Below, piece by piece: positions 11,680 to 24,851 of a stretch of DNA of 64,000 bases. The stretch covers positions 2,170,001 through 2,234,000 of the forward strand of contig OX597842.1 in NCBI GenBank assembly GCA_951406725.2, written 5' to 3'. Position 1 is the stretch's first letter, and every line of letters begins with the position of its first letter. This DNA is from Octopus vulgaris (lineage: Eukaryota). A model generated the notes under the pieces. That model was not told the DNA's origin. It saw nothing but the letters and a program-made list of their open reading frames with translations, and did not search any database. The position numbers and the translations under genes were made by a program.

Positions 11680-12420
11680 CATCATCATCATCATTATTTA
11701 GCATCAGCTTTTCATGCTGGCATGGGTTGGATGATTTGCCTGGAAACTGGTAAACCAGAGAGCTGTACCAGGCTCCTGTCTGATTTCACTTGGTTTCTAC
11801 AGCTGGATGCCCTTCCTATTGCCAGTCACTCCCAGAATGTACTGGGTACCTTTTACATGCTGCCAGCATCGGTGCGTCTATGTGCCACTTATGTGAGACC
11901 GGCATCGCCCATGACAATGTTTCACTTGGCTTGATGAGTCTTCTCAAGCACGGTATATTATCAAAGGCGGTGAGCTGGGAAACGTTAGCACGCCGGGCGA
12001 AATGCTTAGCAATATTTTGTCTGCCGTTACATTCTGAATTCAAATTCCGCCGAGGTTGACTTTGCCTTTCATCCTTTCGGGGTCGATTAAATAAGTACCA
12101 GTTGTGCACTGGGGTTGATGTAATTGACTTAATACCTATGTCTGTCCTTGTTTGTCCCCTCTGTGTTTAGCCCCTTGTGGGTAGTAAAGAAATAGGTATA
12201 TTATTAAAGGTCTTCGTTGCTTGTCATTGCTTCTTTGAGGCCCAACATTTGAAGATCATACTTCACCACCTCATCCCATGTCTTCTTGGTTCTACCTCTT
12301 CTGCAGGTTCCTTCCACAGTTACAGATCAACACTTCTTTACGCAGCTGTCCTCATCCATATGCATCACATGACCATACCAGTGCAGTCATCTCTCTTACA
12401 CTCCACATCTGATGTCTAGA
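11680..12420 (-). mobile_element. Decayed RTE LINE 3' end interrupted by a SINE
   Basis: 12260-12420 is reverse-homologous to 6165-6340; (CAT)n tail at 11680. Confidence 0.8.
11968..12194 (+). mobile_element. SINE family B (tRNA head + Meta/beta-like domain)
   Basis: GACTTTGCCTTTCATCCTTTCGGGGTCGATTAAATAAGTACCAG; TSD GGTATATTAT(C/T)AAAGG at 11952-11967 and 12195-12210. Confidence 0.9.
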
Positions 12421-12592
12421 TACACATGTTGAACCAGGAATCCCTACATGTTTTTTCTCGCCATTTTTTTCCCTCTCAATCTTTTCTATCAAAGAGCATA
12501 GGCGAAAAATGTCGAAGGAACTAAAACACCTACATTTTGTTCCTTCACCTGTCTATGTCTTTTGTTTTTTGTAAATTTGAACTAAATATACA

Positions 12593-12992
12593 CTCTTTTA
12601 CTCTTTTACTTGTTTCAGTCATTTGACTGTGGCCATGCTGGAGCACTGCCTTTAGTCGAGCAAATCAGCCCCAGGACTTATTCTTTGTAAGCCTAGTACT
12701 TATTCTATCGGTCTCTTCTGCTGAATCGCTAAGTTACGGGGACGTAAACACACCAGCATCGGTTGTCAAGTGATGTTGGGGGTACAAACACAGACACACA
12801 AATACACACATATATATACATATATACGACGGGCTTCTTTTCAGTTTCCATCTATCAAATCCACTCACAAGGCTTTGGTCGGCCCGAGGCTCTAGTAGAA
12901 GGCACTTGTCCAAGGTGCCACACAGTGGGACTGAACCTGGAACCATGTGGTTGGTAAGCAAGTTACTTACCACACAGCCACTCCTGCACCTA
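12593..12992 (-). mobile_element. SINE family A, full length
   Basis: Homology to 1175-1572. Confidence 0.9.
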
Positions 12993-13289
12993 TATACACA
13001 CACACACACAAATACATAAGCAAAATAGCTAGGTGTAAAATCTCACGAAGAGACCAAAGAGGATGTTCCATGTTGCTACTAGTTTAACCCCAGGCAGATT
13101 CTCTGCCAGCTGGTTGTCGGTGCAACTCTGCACCCTTTATATGCAATATATTGCTAGCAGGGAGCATGAACCCCTATCACTCTCTAGCAGGTATCAGGAT
13201 TGTGAGACTGACTCATCCTCAGTCGTGAACACCTGTACACCATAGCGATGGCCAGAATCTGCAAGCAATATACTGTAAACAATATATAC

Positions 13290-13805
13290 ACAAGCTTCTC
13301 TCAGTTTCCATCTTGAAAATCTACTCACAAGGCTTTGGTTGGCCCAAGGCAATAGTGGACGAAACTGGCCAAAGGTGCCATGCAGTGGGACTGAACCCAG
13401 AGCCATGTAGTTGGGAAGCAAACTTCTTATCACACAGCCACTCATATTTTTGTTTTGTATGTCTCTTGTCTGTGTGTCTTTTAACATATAAACAAAGCAG
13501 CACAAAGTTGGTCTCTTTTGCCGAACCACTAAGTTATGGGAATGTAAACACACCAACATCGGTTGTTAAGCAATGGTGGAGGGATAAACACACAAATACC
13601 AACCCATGCTAGCATGGAGAACGGACGTTAAACGACGATGATGATGACAGGCTTCTTTCAGTTTCTGTCTACCAAATCCTCTCACAAAACTTTGTTTGGC
13701 CCAAAGCCATAGCCGAAGACACTTGTCCAAGGTGCCATGCAGTGGGACTGAACCCAGACCCATGTGGTTGAGAAGCAAGCTTCATACAACAAAGCCACTC
13801 TTGCG
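13290..13805 (-). mobile_element. Cluster of SINE family A fragments plus an RTE tail
   Basis: Heads at 13290-13445 and 13645-13805; RTE tail 13598-13647. Confidence 0.75.
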
Positions 13806-14216
13806 TATAATTATAAGAGCACTGGAGGGACAACGCCTGTATGCTTGAAATAAATGTCAAACAACTGCAAATAACTTAAATTAACACTCCATTTATCACA
13901 AGGCTCTATGTGAAGAAAATGGACAAAAAATGGATTTATGATAATATTATTTATAATTATACATTTATAATTATACTTTAGATATTAATTTAACCTGTAT
14001 GGTTAATTTGTATGCTAGCCACTGATAAATCATTAATTAATGACTTTATCTTAATCATGTATATATATATGTATATATAAAATTATAATTTAGGGTATCT
14101 AAGATATATATATATATAGTTAATCCAAACAAGAAAGCACAAAAAAATACAACAACGCGGGGACGTGGAACAAATATAGTATTATTGGATGCTCAGGAAG
14201 GAAGGGAAGAAGGAGG

Positions 14217-14251
14217 GTTTAATGTTCCGAGCGGAGCTCTTCGTCGGAAAC
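14217..14251 (-). ncRNA. Minimal hammerhead motif (mutated) inside a PLE terminal-repeat-like element (~14120-14310)
   Basis: GTTT CCGACGA A GAGC-TCC-GCTC GGAAC ATT AAAC; flanks are homologous to those of the HHR at 31049-31084. Confidence 0.65.
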
Positions 14252-15465
14252 ATAGGAGAAGGAAAGATCCAGAGAAGGGAAGACAGAGGAAAAAAAATCT
14301 TCAACGGTACACACGAGGTCACATGTGTTTATGTATACATGTCCACAATGGGCTTCTCTCAGTTACCATCTACCAAATCCATTCACAAGGTTTTGGTTGG
14401 CTTGGAGCTATAGTAGAAGACACTTGCCCAAGGTGCCACACAGTGGGACTGAACTCAGAGCCATGCTGTTGGGAAACATGCTTCTTACTACATGGCCATG
14501 TCTGTGCTTATATGCGTGAGTTTGTGTATGTACGTCAGTCTGTGCGCGCGTGTGTGTGTGTGTGTGTGTGTGATAGGGGGAGGCGTGTACCTAAGTCCTC
14601 ATTAGATGTCAAACATCATTAATAACATTCCATTTGTTTGCATAGTATCAGGTTGTTTTGCTGGTCATTATGCCGATTGTTTTGTTATTTTGGTCGTGGT
14701 CTGCTTTCATCAATCACCCACATAACTACATCTCTCGTGACAATGTCTGGCCATCGTGTGTTAAACTTCAATGCATCATAAACGTTTTGTCCGTGTTTCG
14801 ATTGTTGTTTCTTTTATTTTGATTGTTTCCTCCCATTTCCCACTATAAATGCAAATTTAAAGATTAATCACATTGTGTGTGTGTGTCTGTTTTATTTCTG
14901 GGGTTTCGGGGTTGTGGGACGTCTGGGGATGATTCCATAAAAAGATTTCTTGGCAAAGTTTTGGCACTGCTACGATTGGAATTGTTCTTGTTACGTAATG
15001 TTTCTTTCACCTTTAACTTGCTTCAGTCATTGGACTGTGGCCATGCTGGGGCAGTGCCTTAGTCAAAGAAATTGGCACCATTGCTATTTTCTTTTATTCC
15101 TTTCTACGTCTGATATTTATTTCTTTAGATATCTTTTGATGCAGTTAGAGGAACATAAACAAACCAATACCGGTTGTGAAGCAGGTGGGTGGGGATGTAG
15201 AGAGACATGCACATTTATATGTAGTATACTGTTCCATGAAGGTGAGTTCACAAGATGTATTATAAAATGCTGTCTGTGTGGTTTCCATCATATGAAGCTA
15301 TTAATAGCTTATAAAAATATGTATACTGTGTTTATTAGACTATATATGTATGTCCGCGTGTGTGTATATATATACACATACACATTCATTTACACATATA
15401 TGTATATAAACACACATATACCCATATTCACACACACACAACCATCATACATGCATACATCTTGA

Positions 15466-16135
15466 AGCCTACAGTTACTCTATTGAGATTACAAGTTCAG
15501 GTAATTATTGGGTCCCTGGGATATGTAACACACATCCTAAATACCAATCTTGAGAAATTAGGTTTCTCAAAACCAGAAAGGAGAAAGCTGATTCTAAGAC
15601 TACAGATCCAATCCATCATGGGAACTGTAAAAATCTGTAAAACTTTCCAGAAGTTTATCATTTAAATATATATAAGCATGAAAATACATACATAAAACAA
15701 AATATACAAATCTGCACATATACATATATACATACAAAAATATCCTGTTTATATTGCTGACATTTCAATAGAGGAAACTTGGATCAAGGTTAAAAACCAG
15801 TTGTTTCTCTAATGGCAAAAAAAAAACCTTGAAATGAAACTGAATAATGACATACAGAGATCCAATCCATCACTGGAACTGTAAAAATCTGTAAAACTCT
15901 AGAAGTTTATCATTTCACTATATATGAGCATGTCTAGATATACAACTATATGCTTGAGAATATATACATAAAACATACAAATATGCACACATACATACAT
16001 CATTCATTCATACATACATACATACATACCTACCTACATTCAGATATACATACATACAAAAATACCTTTTTGTTGATGTTGAAATTCCTATGAAGAAGCC
16101 TTGGATCTAGGTCAGAAACCAATTCTTTCTCTGAC
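15466..16135 (+). mobile_element. Two tandem 3' ends of an RLE-type (R4/Dong-like) non-LTR retrotransposon
   Basis: IIGSLGYVTHILNTNLEKLGFSKPERRKLILRLQIQSIMGTVKICKTFQKFII* matches the C-terminal RLE pattern; AGATCCAATCCATCA and the 3' UTR repeat from 15857. Confidence 0.7.
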
Positions 16136-16834
16136 ATACATTATCTGAATAAACATTGCCGGACAGCAAATAGAGACTCGAACATTGCTTAGAAAATATA
16201 TTTCATTTTTAACCTCGTATATAGTACGCACTAGGGATTTTGACCTTTAAATTTTGGGGAAAAGTGCGGATCATACTCGAGGATTTACGGTACGTATTCT
16301 ACAAAAAGTAATGAGTAATCCTTCTGTTTAACATTAAATTATTATTGTTATTGTTATTGTTGGTGGTGTTTAACTCTACATCATCCTTGGCCCATAAATT
16401 CTATGATCAAAGGCATACCACCAAGTAGTATCGTCTGATACTATTTTTAACCATAGTATATCTCAGACAATTCCATCACATACATCCGTATTCTTTAAGA
16501 CAGTCATAAAGCATATTTCAAATGAGATTAGGCTGTGATTTCTAGCAACTCAAATACCAATGCTGTGGCTCTCCCTTCGACTATTGATTTTGATTTGTTA
16601 AATTATGCATCATAATCTGTTTATTTGGTTCCATTCCTTGTGTTTTGTGCTATTAATATTGTCTCTGTGATTAATCTTCCTGTGTGTATTTTAGTTTGAG
16701 GTTTGGGAGGGCAAGGGAGAGAGAATTTTGTATAAAGGGATAATGGTGTGACCAACTTTCTGCCATATTTTTGTGTTATTTAAGGTAACGTATCGTGTCT
16801 CAATGGCTTATGATTGTAAATTGACTTTGTTGTT

Positions 16835-17910
16835 GTTGTTATTTTTTGGTGCCATGTCAGTTTTGACCCAGCAGCCATATGAGCAAACATGTTCCAGATA
16901 TGACCATCCCATCATTTAATCACACATAGTGTATCTAGGACTACATTATCTAATAGTATACTACAGTAGTTAGTATTAGCGACTACAGTTGTTGTTATTT
17001 AGCCCCAGGTCAGTCCTGAATCAGGTGTGGCTATCTCATCTTTTATTCAGGTATAGTGTATCTAGGACTGCATTATCTGATGTACAGTATAGTAGTTAGT
17101 ATCAGTGGCTATAGTTGTTTAACCCCAGGTTAGTCCAGATCCAGCTAACCTATGATCAAAGATGCTCCAGGTGTGACCATCACCACCATTAAATCAGACA
17201 TAGTGTATCTAGGACTGCATTATCTAATGTACAGTATAGTAGTTAGTATCAGTGGCTATAGTTGTTTAACCCCAGGTTAGTCCAGATCCAGCTAACCTAT
17301 GATCAAAGATGCTCCAGGTGTGACCATCCTCCACCATTAAATCAGACATAGTGTATCTAGGACTGCATTATCTAATGTACAGTATAGTAGTTAGTATCAG
17401 TGGCTATAGTTGTTTAACCCCAGGTTAGTCCAGATCCAGCTAACCTATGATCAAAGATGCTCCAGGTGTGACCATCCTCCACCATTAAATCAGACATAGT
17501 GTATCTAGGACTGCATTATCTAATGTACAGTATAGTAGTTAGTATCAGTGGCTATAGTTGTTTAACCCCAGGTTAGTCCAGATCCAGCTAACCTATGATC
17601 AAAGATGCTCCAGGTGTGACCATCCTCCACCATTAAATCAGACATAGTGTATCTAGGACTGCATTATCTAATGTACAGTATAGTAGTTAGTATCAGTGGC
17701 TATAGTTGTTTAACCCCAGGTTAGTCCAGATCCAGCTAACCTATGATCAAAGATGCTCCAGGTGTGACCATCCTCCACCATTAAATCAGACATAGTGTAT
17801 CTAGGACTACATTATCTAGTTAGTATTAGTGGCTATAATTGTTCTTGTTGAAGGTTTTTAGCCCTAGGTCACTTCTGATCCAGCAGACCTATGTTCAAAA
17901 GCATTTATTC
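16835..17910 (+). repeat. 148-bp tandem array: ~5 near-identical units plus diverged flanking units
   Basis: GATGCTCCAG at 17161, 17308, 17456, 17604 and 17752. Confidence 0.95.
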
Positions 17911-18699
17911 TTTGATCATATATTTTTTTAATTTTCACAATAGTACTATGTGATTTAAAAAAGATTTGACTATTACTTTTAGCATTCCAGGGAACCATAT
18001 GAAAACTCCCAGACAAATTACTGTGAGGGCAAAAAAATGCTACGTGGCATTTGTTCTAGTTCTGTGCATTCTGAGTTCAAATCCAGCTGAGGTCAAACTT
18101 ACCACTCGTCCCACAGACAAGCTTGCTGAGATCATCATCAACATCATCTAACGTCCATCTTCCATGCATGCTTGGGTAGATCGGTTGACAGGAGCCGGTC
18201 AAGGAGAAAAACTACCCCAGTCTACTGTGTCTGCTTTGGCAAGGATTTTACGGTTGGATGCCCTTCCTAACACCTACCACTCTGCAAAGTGGACTCAGTG
18301 GCACCAGCACTGGCAGGGTAGCCAAGTAACTTGCAAGACAAGGAATTAGGAGAGGGATGGGCATTTGTGGAGGGGAACTTGTGTCAGTGGATGAAGTGAT
18401 TTTCTTTAATTCTCAAGTGCACTTGAGAATTGAAGAAAATTACTTCTTAAACTTTCTAAGACATCTCAACGCTTCTAAAGCAAATTTCGTTTGTTTGTTT
18501 TCTTTCATTGTAATTTGAATTTATATGTATGTATGTATGTATGTATGTGTGTATGTATGTATGGCTACACTTCTGTACTCTATATACAAGTACAAATCTA
18601 TTCCTTAATTTATACAAACCAAACATGCTTATACAAATATGCATAGATAGATTTCATGTACATACTTATATACATATATATATATATACTTATATACAT

Positions 18700-19038
18700 G
18701 TGAAGGTGCATGGCTCAGTGGTTAGAGTGTCGAGCTTATGATCGTGGGGTTGTGAGTTCGATTCCTGGACCTGTCTGTATGTTGTGTTCTTGAGCAAGAC
18801 ACTTTATTTCACATTGCTCCAATTCACTCAGCTGTAGAAATGAGTTGCGACATCACGGGTGCCAAGCTGTATCGGCCCCTTTGCCTTTCTCTTGGATAAC
18901 ATCGGTGGCTTGGAGAGGGGAGGCTGGTATGCATGGGCGAGTGCTGGTCTTCCATTAACAACCTTGCCCGCACTTGTGTCTGGGAGGGTAACTTTCTAGG
19001 TGCAATCCCATGGTCAGTCATGACTGAAGGGGGTCTCA
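18700..19038 (+). mobile_element. CORE-like tRNA SINE family C
   Basis: TGGCTCAGTGG A-box, GAGTTCGATTCC B-box, TGTGTTCTTGAGCAAGACACTT core. Confidence 0.9.
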
Positions 19039-19049
19039 ACATATATACA

Positions 19050-19210
19050 TGGGTACACGATTTTGTGAGTAAATTCCTATGTGACAGTCAGGATAAGCTT
19101 GGGATTTTAGAGATAAAAAAACCAAGCAACTAATTTCGCATGTTACAAATACAATCTGTAAGTGGAACAGTAAAAATGTGGAAGATTTTTCTCAAGTTTA
19201 AAATGTGAAT
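19050..19210 (+). mobile_element. Diverged RLE LINE C-terminal fragment
   Basis: ...DKLG...LQIQSVSGTVKMWKIFLKFKM*, similar to 15500-15665. Confidence 0.6.
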
Positions 19211-19990
19211 TTGTTTTCGTTATGTATATTCCAATTATGGAACTGGCTTTACTTGTTTAAAGGCACTGGCTTTCTTGGAGGAACAACTCCAATAATTATA
19301 TATGGAAGCAAACACACACACACACGCATCTACATACACTGATAGTCTTACATAACCAGATATGAATGCATACATATATACATATATATACACACATATA
19401 TGCTCATTCTACATATTACGTCAGTTTATACATATATACGTATAAATAACTACTCACTTAGACATACATATACATATATGCATACGCATCCATCAATCCA
19501 TAACTACGTAACATGCATATGTAAACATACTTGCATACACACACACACATATATATATGCATATATATATATACCTACATATATATATATATTTACATCT
19601 ATACATATACATATATATTTGCATATATATATACATACATACATACACTCACATATATCTACAAAAGTACATGTACCTCTCACCAGTACATAATTAGTTG
19701 CACAAACATATATATCCACACACACACATACACACATGTGTGTGTGTATGTGTATTTCTACATGTATGTATGTACTTGTATATTATGTCAAACGATACAT
19801 ACCTATTTGTTTATATGTATATGTTTATATATATTTATATATGTTTATATATGTATATATATATATTCATATATGTTTCTATATATTTCTGTGTGTATAT
19901 GTGTGTGTATGTATCTTAGGGTTTCACTTAGTTATAGCGGCACTAATAACCTTGTCATTCAATTTATATAATATTTTATATATATAGATG

Positions 19991-20047
<57 letters not shown>

Positions 20048-20529
20048 GTGCATGCATGCATACCAACATGTCTGCTTCAGTGTTTGCATTCACATACATA
20101 AGCCAGTATGCTTCCTTTGAAATAGTTAACATTCATAACACGTATAGAAGATAACCCCAGGAGGGCTTGAACCTGAAACTTCATACACAGACCAATTAGT
20201 GGCAATTACTGACAATACATTGCAATGTTTTACATGATACATACTTATAGATGTGTGTTTGTATGTATGCATATAAACACACATATATATATATATTTGT
20301 ATATATATGCATGTGTATATATATATATTTATCATGTGATATGTTTATAGGAGTACATTGGCAAATATAATATTTCATTTGGAAAACAACTATGTTATTC
20401 TATGTGCGTATGTATATCTACAATCGCTATCTGAATGTAAATGTGTATGTGGATGTGTGTTTGTAATTATATTTGTATGAATGTATATATATAGTGGTGG
20501 CTGTGTGGTTAAGATGCTTGCTTCCCAAC

Positions 20530-20945
20530 CTACATAAAAATGTCTTGAAATACTAAAGAGTAAATTTATTCAATAAAATCGCCATTGGCTTCAACCACGG
20601 CTTCTAAACTGATTTTGGAATCTCCTGCAACTTTTCTGAACAGTCTCCTTGTTTAAGTTGGTGAATGCTGCCATAATTCTTGCCTTCAAATCATCTTTGG
20701 TGTTACAAGGAGTTTTGTTGGTCTCTCGCTCAACTTTACCCCACACATAATAATTAAGGGGGTTGCAGTCTGGAAAGTTCGGTGGCCAGATGTTAGGGGC
20801 AGTGTGGTTGCAGAAATTGTCTGACAGCCATGACTGGGTTATCCTACTTGTGTGGCATAGTGCAGAGTCCTGTTGCCAGACATTGGGTTTGCTGGTAGCC
20901 ACCTTCTTGACCCAGGGCAGCACCACCTCCTCCATATTTCTTGCA
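20530..20945 (-). pseudogene. Tc1/mariner-superfamily transposase fragment, maT (DD37D) type
   Basis: WQQDSALCH...WPPNFPDCNPLNYYVWG: 37 residues between the second D and the third catalytic position (here N). A short duplicate lies at 21380-21455. Confidence 0.85.
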
Positions 20946-21532
20946 CTTTCCATTGCATTGTTGCCTTTATTGAACTCCTAAAGCAAAATATGCCAAATAT
21001 ACTCCTTTGTCACTTCCGTTATAACTTTAAAAAAAAGTTGTTAAAATCGAACTGCACTCTTCAAAACATGCACTAAGAATAAAGCAAAGTAAAATTACTA
21101 TGTGTTTTAATGGCAAGTTGATGCAGGTGGTTTATCCCATCCCCTTCCAGCTTTTAGTTCATGCAGTTGAAAAAACAAACAGATTATTCATAGGATGATC
21201 CAATACTTTTTACCATACACAAAATATTTGAACAATTTCTTTTATAGAATTTTTTATATTTCACTAAAATATATAACTGGATTTGTTAAACATCAAATGG
21301 CTATGAGGGATCATCTGAGCAAATTGTGAATCAAAATGGTTCATAGGAAAAATGTTTGAAAAACCTTGCTCTAAAACTCTAAAATTGCCATTGGCTTCGA
21401 CCACAGCTTCTAAACTACTTAGGAATCTCCTGCAACTCTTCTGGATAGTCTCCTTATAGTGTAAACGTTATAAGTATAACCCTTACACTACAAAATTAAA
21501 CGATCATTAAAATTTTAATTCTTTTCCCATTA

Positions 21533-22881
21533 TGAGGTGGTATCAGAAAGTTCCTGGACTCGTTCTGTAGTGCACCAACAGGTGACAGCACATGGTTGCA
21601 TGTACAGTGGGAGTTAGCAGTGGCCTTCATGAGGCAGTGTACTAAGTGACACCGCTGTGTTTACTTTGCAAGTTGTGAAATTTATGTTTTTATGATCATG
21701 TGTGCTCTAGTCTGTGGTTTTGTCATAGACAGAAACAAAGAGCCAACGTGAAATTTTGCATTAAACTTGGGAAGTCTGCTACAGAGGCATTGAGCATGCT
21801 TCAGGAAGCTTATGGTGATGAGGCAAAGGGTCATATGCAATGTTTGAAGTGGCATGGGTGCTTCAAAAGCAGAAGACTGTTCCAGGAAGACGATGAGCAA
21901 TATGGGAGACCTGCCCCAAGTATCAGCCCTGGAAATGTGGTATTGTGTATCGAGAATTTGTCCCCCAGGGACAGATTATCAACTGAGAGTTCTACCGTGA
22001 CACTTTGAAGCATTTGAGGAAGGGCATTCAGGAAAAGTGACCGAATCTGTGTAGCGTGAAGAATTGGATTCTTATTTCTTTATTGTCCACAAGGGGCTAA
22101 ACAAGGACAGACAAAGGGATTAATCCGATTATATCGACTCCAGTGCATAACTGGTACTTATTTAATTGACCTCGAAAGGATGAAAGGCAAAGTCAACCTC
22201 AGCGGAATTTGAACTCCGAACGTAAAGACAGACGAAATACCTATTTCTTTATTGCCCACAAGGGGCTAAACACAGAAGGGACAAACAAGGACAGACAAAG
22301 GGATTAAGCTGATTATATCGACTCCAGTGTGTAACTGGTACTTATTTAGTCGACCCCGAAAGGATGAAAGGCACAGTCGACCTCGGCAGAATTTGAACTC
22401 AGAATGTAGCAGCAGATGAAAAACTGCTAAGCATTTCACCCGGCATGTTAATGTTCTGCCAGAATTGGATTCTTCACAGTGACAATGCACCTTGTCACAG
22501 AGCTCTTCTCACCTGTGAGATTCTCACCAAAGACAACATGGTATTGCCTCTGCATCCACCACGCTATTCACCGTGATTTAGCACCTGTGAATTTCCATCT
22601 CTTCTCCAAGATGAAATCGCAGCTCAGGAGTTGCCATTCTTAACACAATTGTCAAAATCCAGAGTGAATCGTAAAAGGTCCTTGACTTCCAGACCAGATT
22701 CCAAAAGTGACAGGAATACTGGGAATGGTGTATTATTGAACAAGAGGACTATTTCAAAGGAGAACATGTTAAAAATTACATTATTGAACAAGGGGAATAT
22801 TTCAAAGAGGAGAATGTTAAAAATGAGGTAAATAAGTTATTTTTTATTTAACTAGTCCAGGAATCTTTTGGTACTGCCTCA
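21533..22881 (+). mobile_element. Internally deleted mariner element with TIRs and TA TSD
   Basis: TIRs TGAGGTGGTATCAGAAAGTTCCTGGACT / AGTCCAGGAATCTTTTGGTACTGCCTCA flanked by TA. Remnants QRANVKFCIKLGKSATE...EDDEQYGRP and WILHSDNAPCH. Confidence 0.9.
22074..22460 (-). mobile_element. Tandem dimer of SINE family B inserted in the mariner
   Basis: Two Meta-like domains; single 14-bp TSD AGAATTGGATTCTT at 22060-22073 and 22461-22474. Confidence 0.9.
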
Positions 22882-23249
22882 TAATATATTTCTGTTAATT
22901 GCTAAAATTTTAATAGCTGTAGATTCTAAATACTTCAGGTGTTTTTTTTTTTAAAGTCTTTTGAACATAACTAATTCAGCTGGTTCTTGATTTGTCTGTC
23001 ACTATCTCATCATAAGGGATATTAATGTAATTCCCTAATTTCACTTAGAAACATATTGGTTTTTATTTTCTTCCCCTTATTACAGTGATTTGTTCAAAGA
23101 TGGAATTGTTTATATTTAAAGCGATTTAAATATTATTTATGTATATGGCCACACAAACAAACACATATGTATGCATATAAGTCTGTATATATATATATAT
23201 AAATAAAATATTTGTGTGTGTGTGTGTGTGTGTGTCTTTCTCCTCCTCC

Positions 23250-23294
<45 letters not shown>

Positions 23295-23301
23295 GTCATA
23301 T

Positions 23302-23502
23302 ATTCTTTTACTCTTTTACTTCTTTCAGTCATTTGACTACGGCCATGCTGGAGCACCGCGTTTAGTCGAGCTAATCGACCCCAGGACTTATTCTTTGTAA
23401 TCCTAGTACTTATTCTATCAGTCCCTTTTGTTGAACCACTAAGTTACGGGGATGTAAACACACCAACATTGGTTGTCAAGCCATGTTGGGGGGACAACCA
23501 CA

Positions 23503-23581
<79 letters not shown>

Positions 23582-23735
23582 CTTCTTTCAGTTTCCGTCT
23601 ACTAAATCCATTCACGAGGCTTTGGTCGGCCCGAGGCTATAGTAGAAGACACTCACCAAAGGTGCCACGCAGTGAGACTGAACCCAGAACCGTGTGGTTG
23701 GTAAGCAAGCCACTTACCACAAAACCACTCCTGTG

Positions 23736-23738
<3 letters not shown>
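23302..23738 (-). mobile_element. SINE family A, full length
   Basis: Homology to 1175-1572. Confidence 0.9.
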
Positions 23739-23780
<42 letters not shown>

Positions 23781-24554
23781 GCAGAATGAGATATAAATAC
23801 ATTTTTACATATATATACATATATAATTGTGCATGTATATATATATATATATGCATACACACACACATATACATACATACATCTATACCTACAGATATAT
23901 ACATACATGGGTATAAATGTACATGTATATCTAAATATCACACATGCACACTCAACTATCTATCTGTCTGTCTGTCTCTGTATATATTTGTTTATCTTTC
24001 AATCAGTCCATCTATCTATCTATCTACACATCCATCCATGTGTGTGTGTGTGTGTGTGTGCATGGATGTATATGTATTTTGTATACACATATATACGAAT
24101 GGACACTGAACAATAAGGAGCACTCACACACACACACTCACACACACAAACATACATACATACAAACACACACATATTCACACATAATACTTACAGACAC
24201 CCAGCTGGCTCTTTTAACCCCTTCAGGCAAGATGTCATATTTTTTTCTACACCCTCCACTCTCATATTGCTCTCCCTGCACTGGGTATTGGGGGTGTTGG
24301 TGTTGGTGGCCCAGTTGCACATGTCCCACTGTCCCCTGCTCACACCCTGCCATTTTGCTATCCGGTTTGCCGTGGTTCTACTTGAAATTTCCAATGGTCA
24401 AGAGACAACTATGGGAGGTGAGGGTATGGTGGGGTGGGAGAGACGTACGTCACTCTTTGGAAGATTTCGTAAACCGTCGATAGCGCTAGAGATGCGACAT
24501 CAAATCCCTACTGCACTTGAAAATGCACTCCACCCATTACCAGAAAAATAACAA

Positions 24555-24599
24555 AGATATGTGTGTGTGTGTGTATATATATATCTATCTATCTATCTA

Positions 24600-24636
<37 letters not shown>

Positions 24637-24809
24637 GGGTGTGTATATATGTGTAGAAATATTTATATATATATATATATATGTATATTTATATATATGT
24701 ATGTATATATTTATATATATTTATATGTATGTATATATTTATATATATATATATGTATGTATGTATAAATTTATATATATATATGTATGTCTATATATAT
24801 ATGTATGTA

Positions 24810-24851
<42 letters not shown>

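Noticed and set aside
16835-17910. CRISPR-like array
   Set aside because: Units are identical end to end with no unique spacers; no cas genes; eukaryotic context.
18700-18775. tRNA genes at SINE heads
   Set aside because: A/B boxes are present but there is no full cloverleaf, and each continues into a SINE body.
20591-22008. Active transposase genes
   Set aside because: Fragments only: catalytic D to N change, internal deletion, stops, frameshifts and a SINE insertion.
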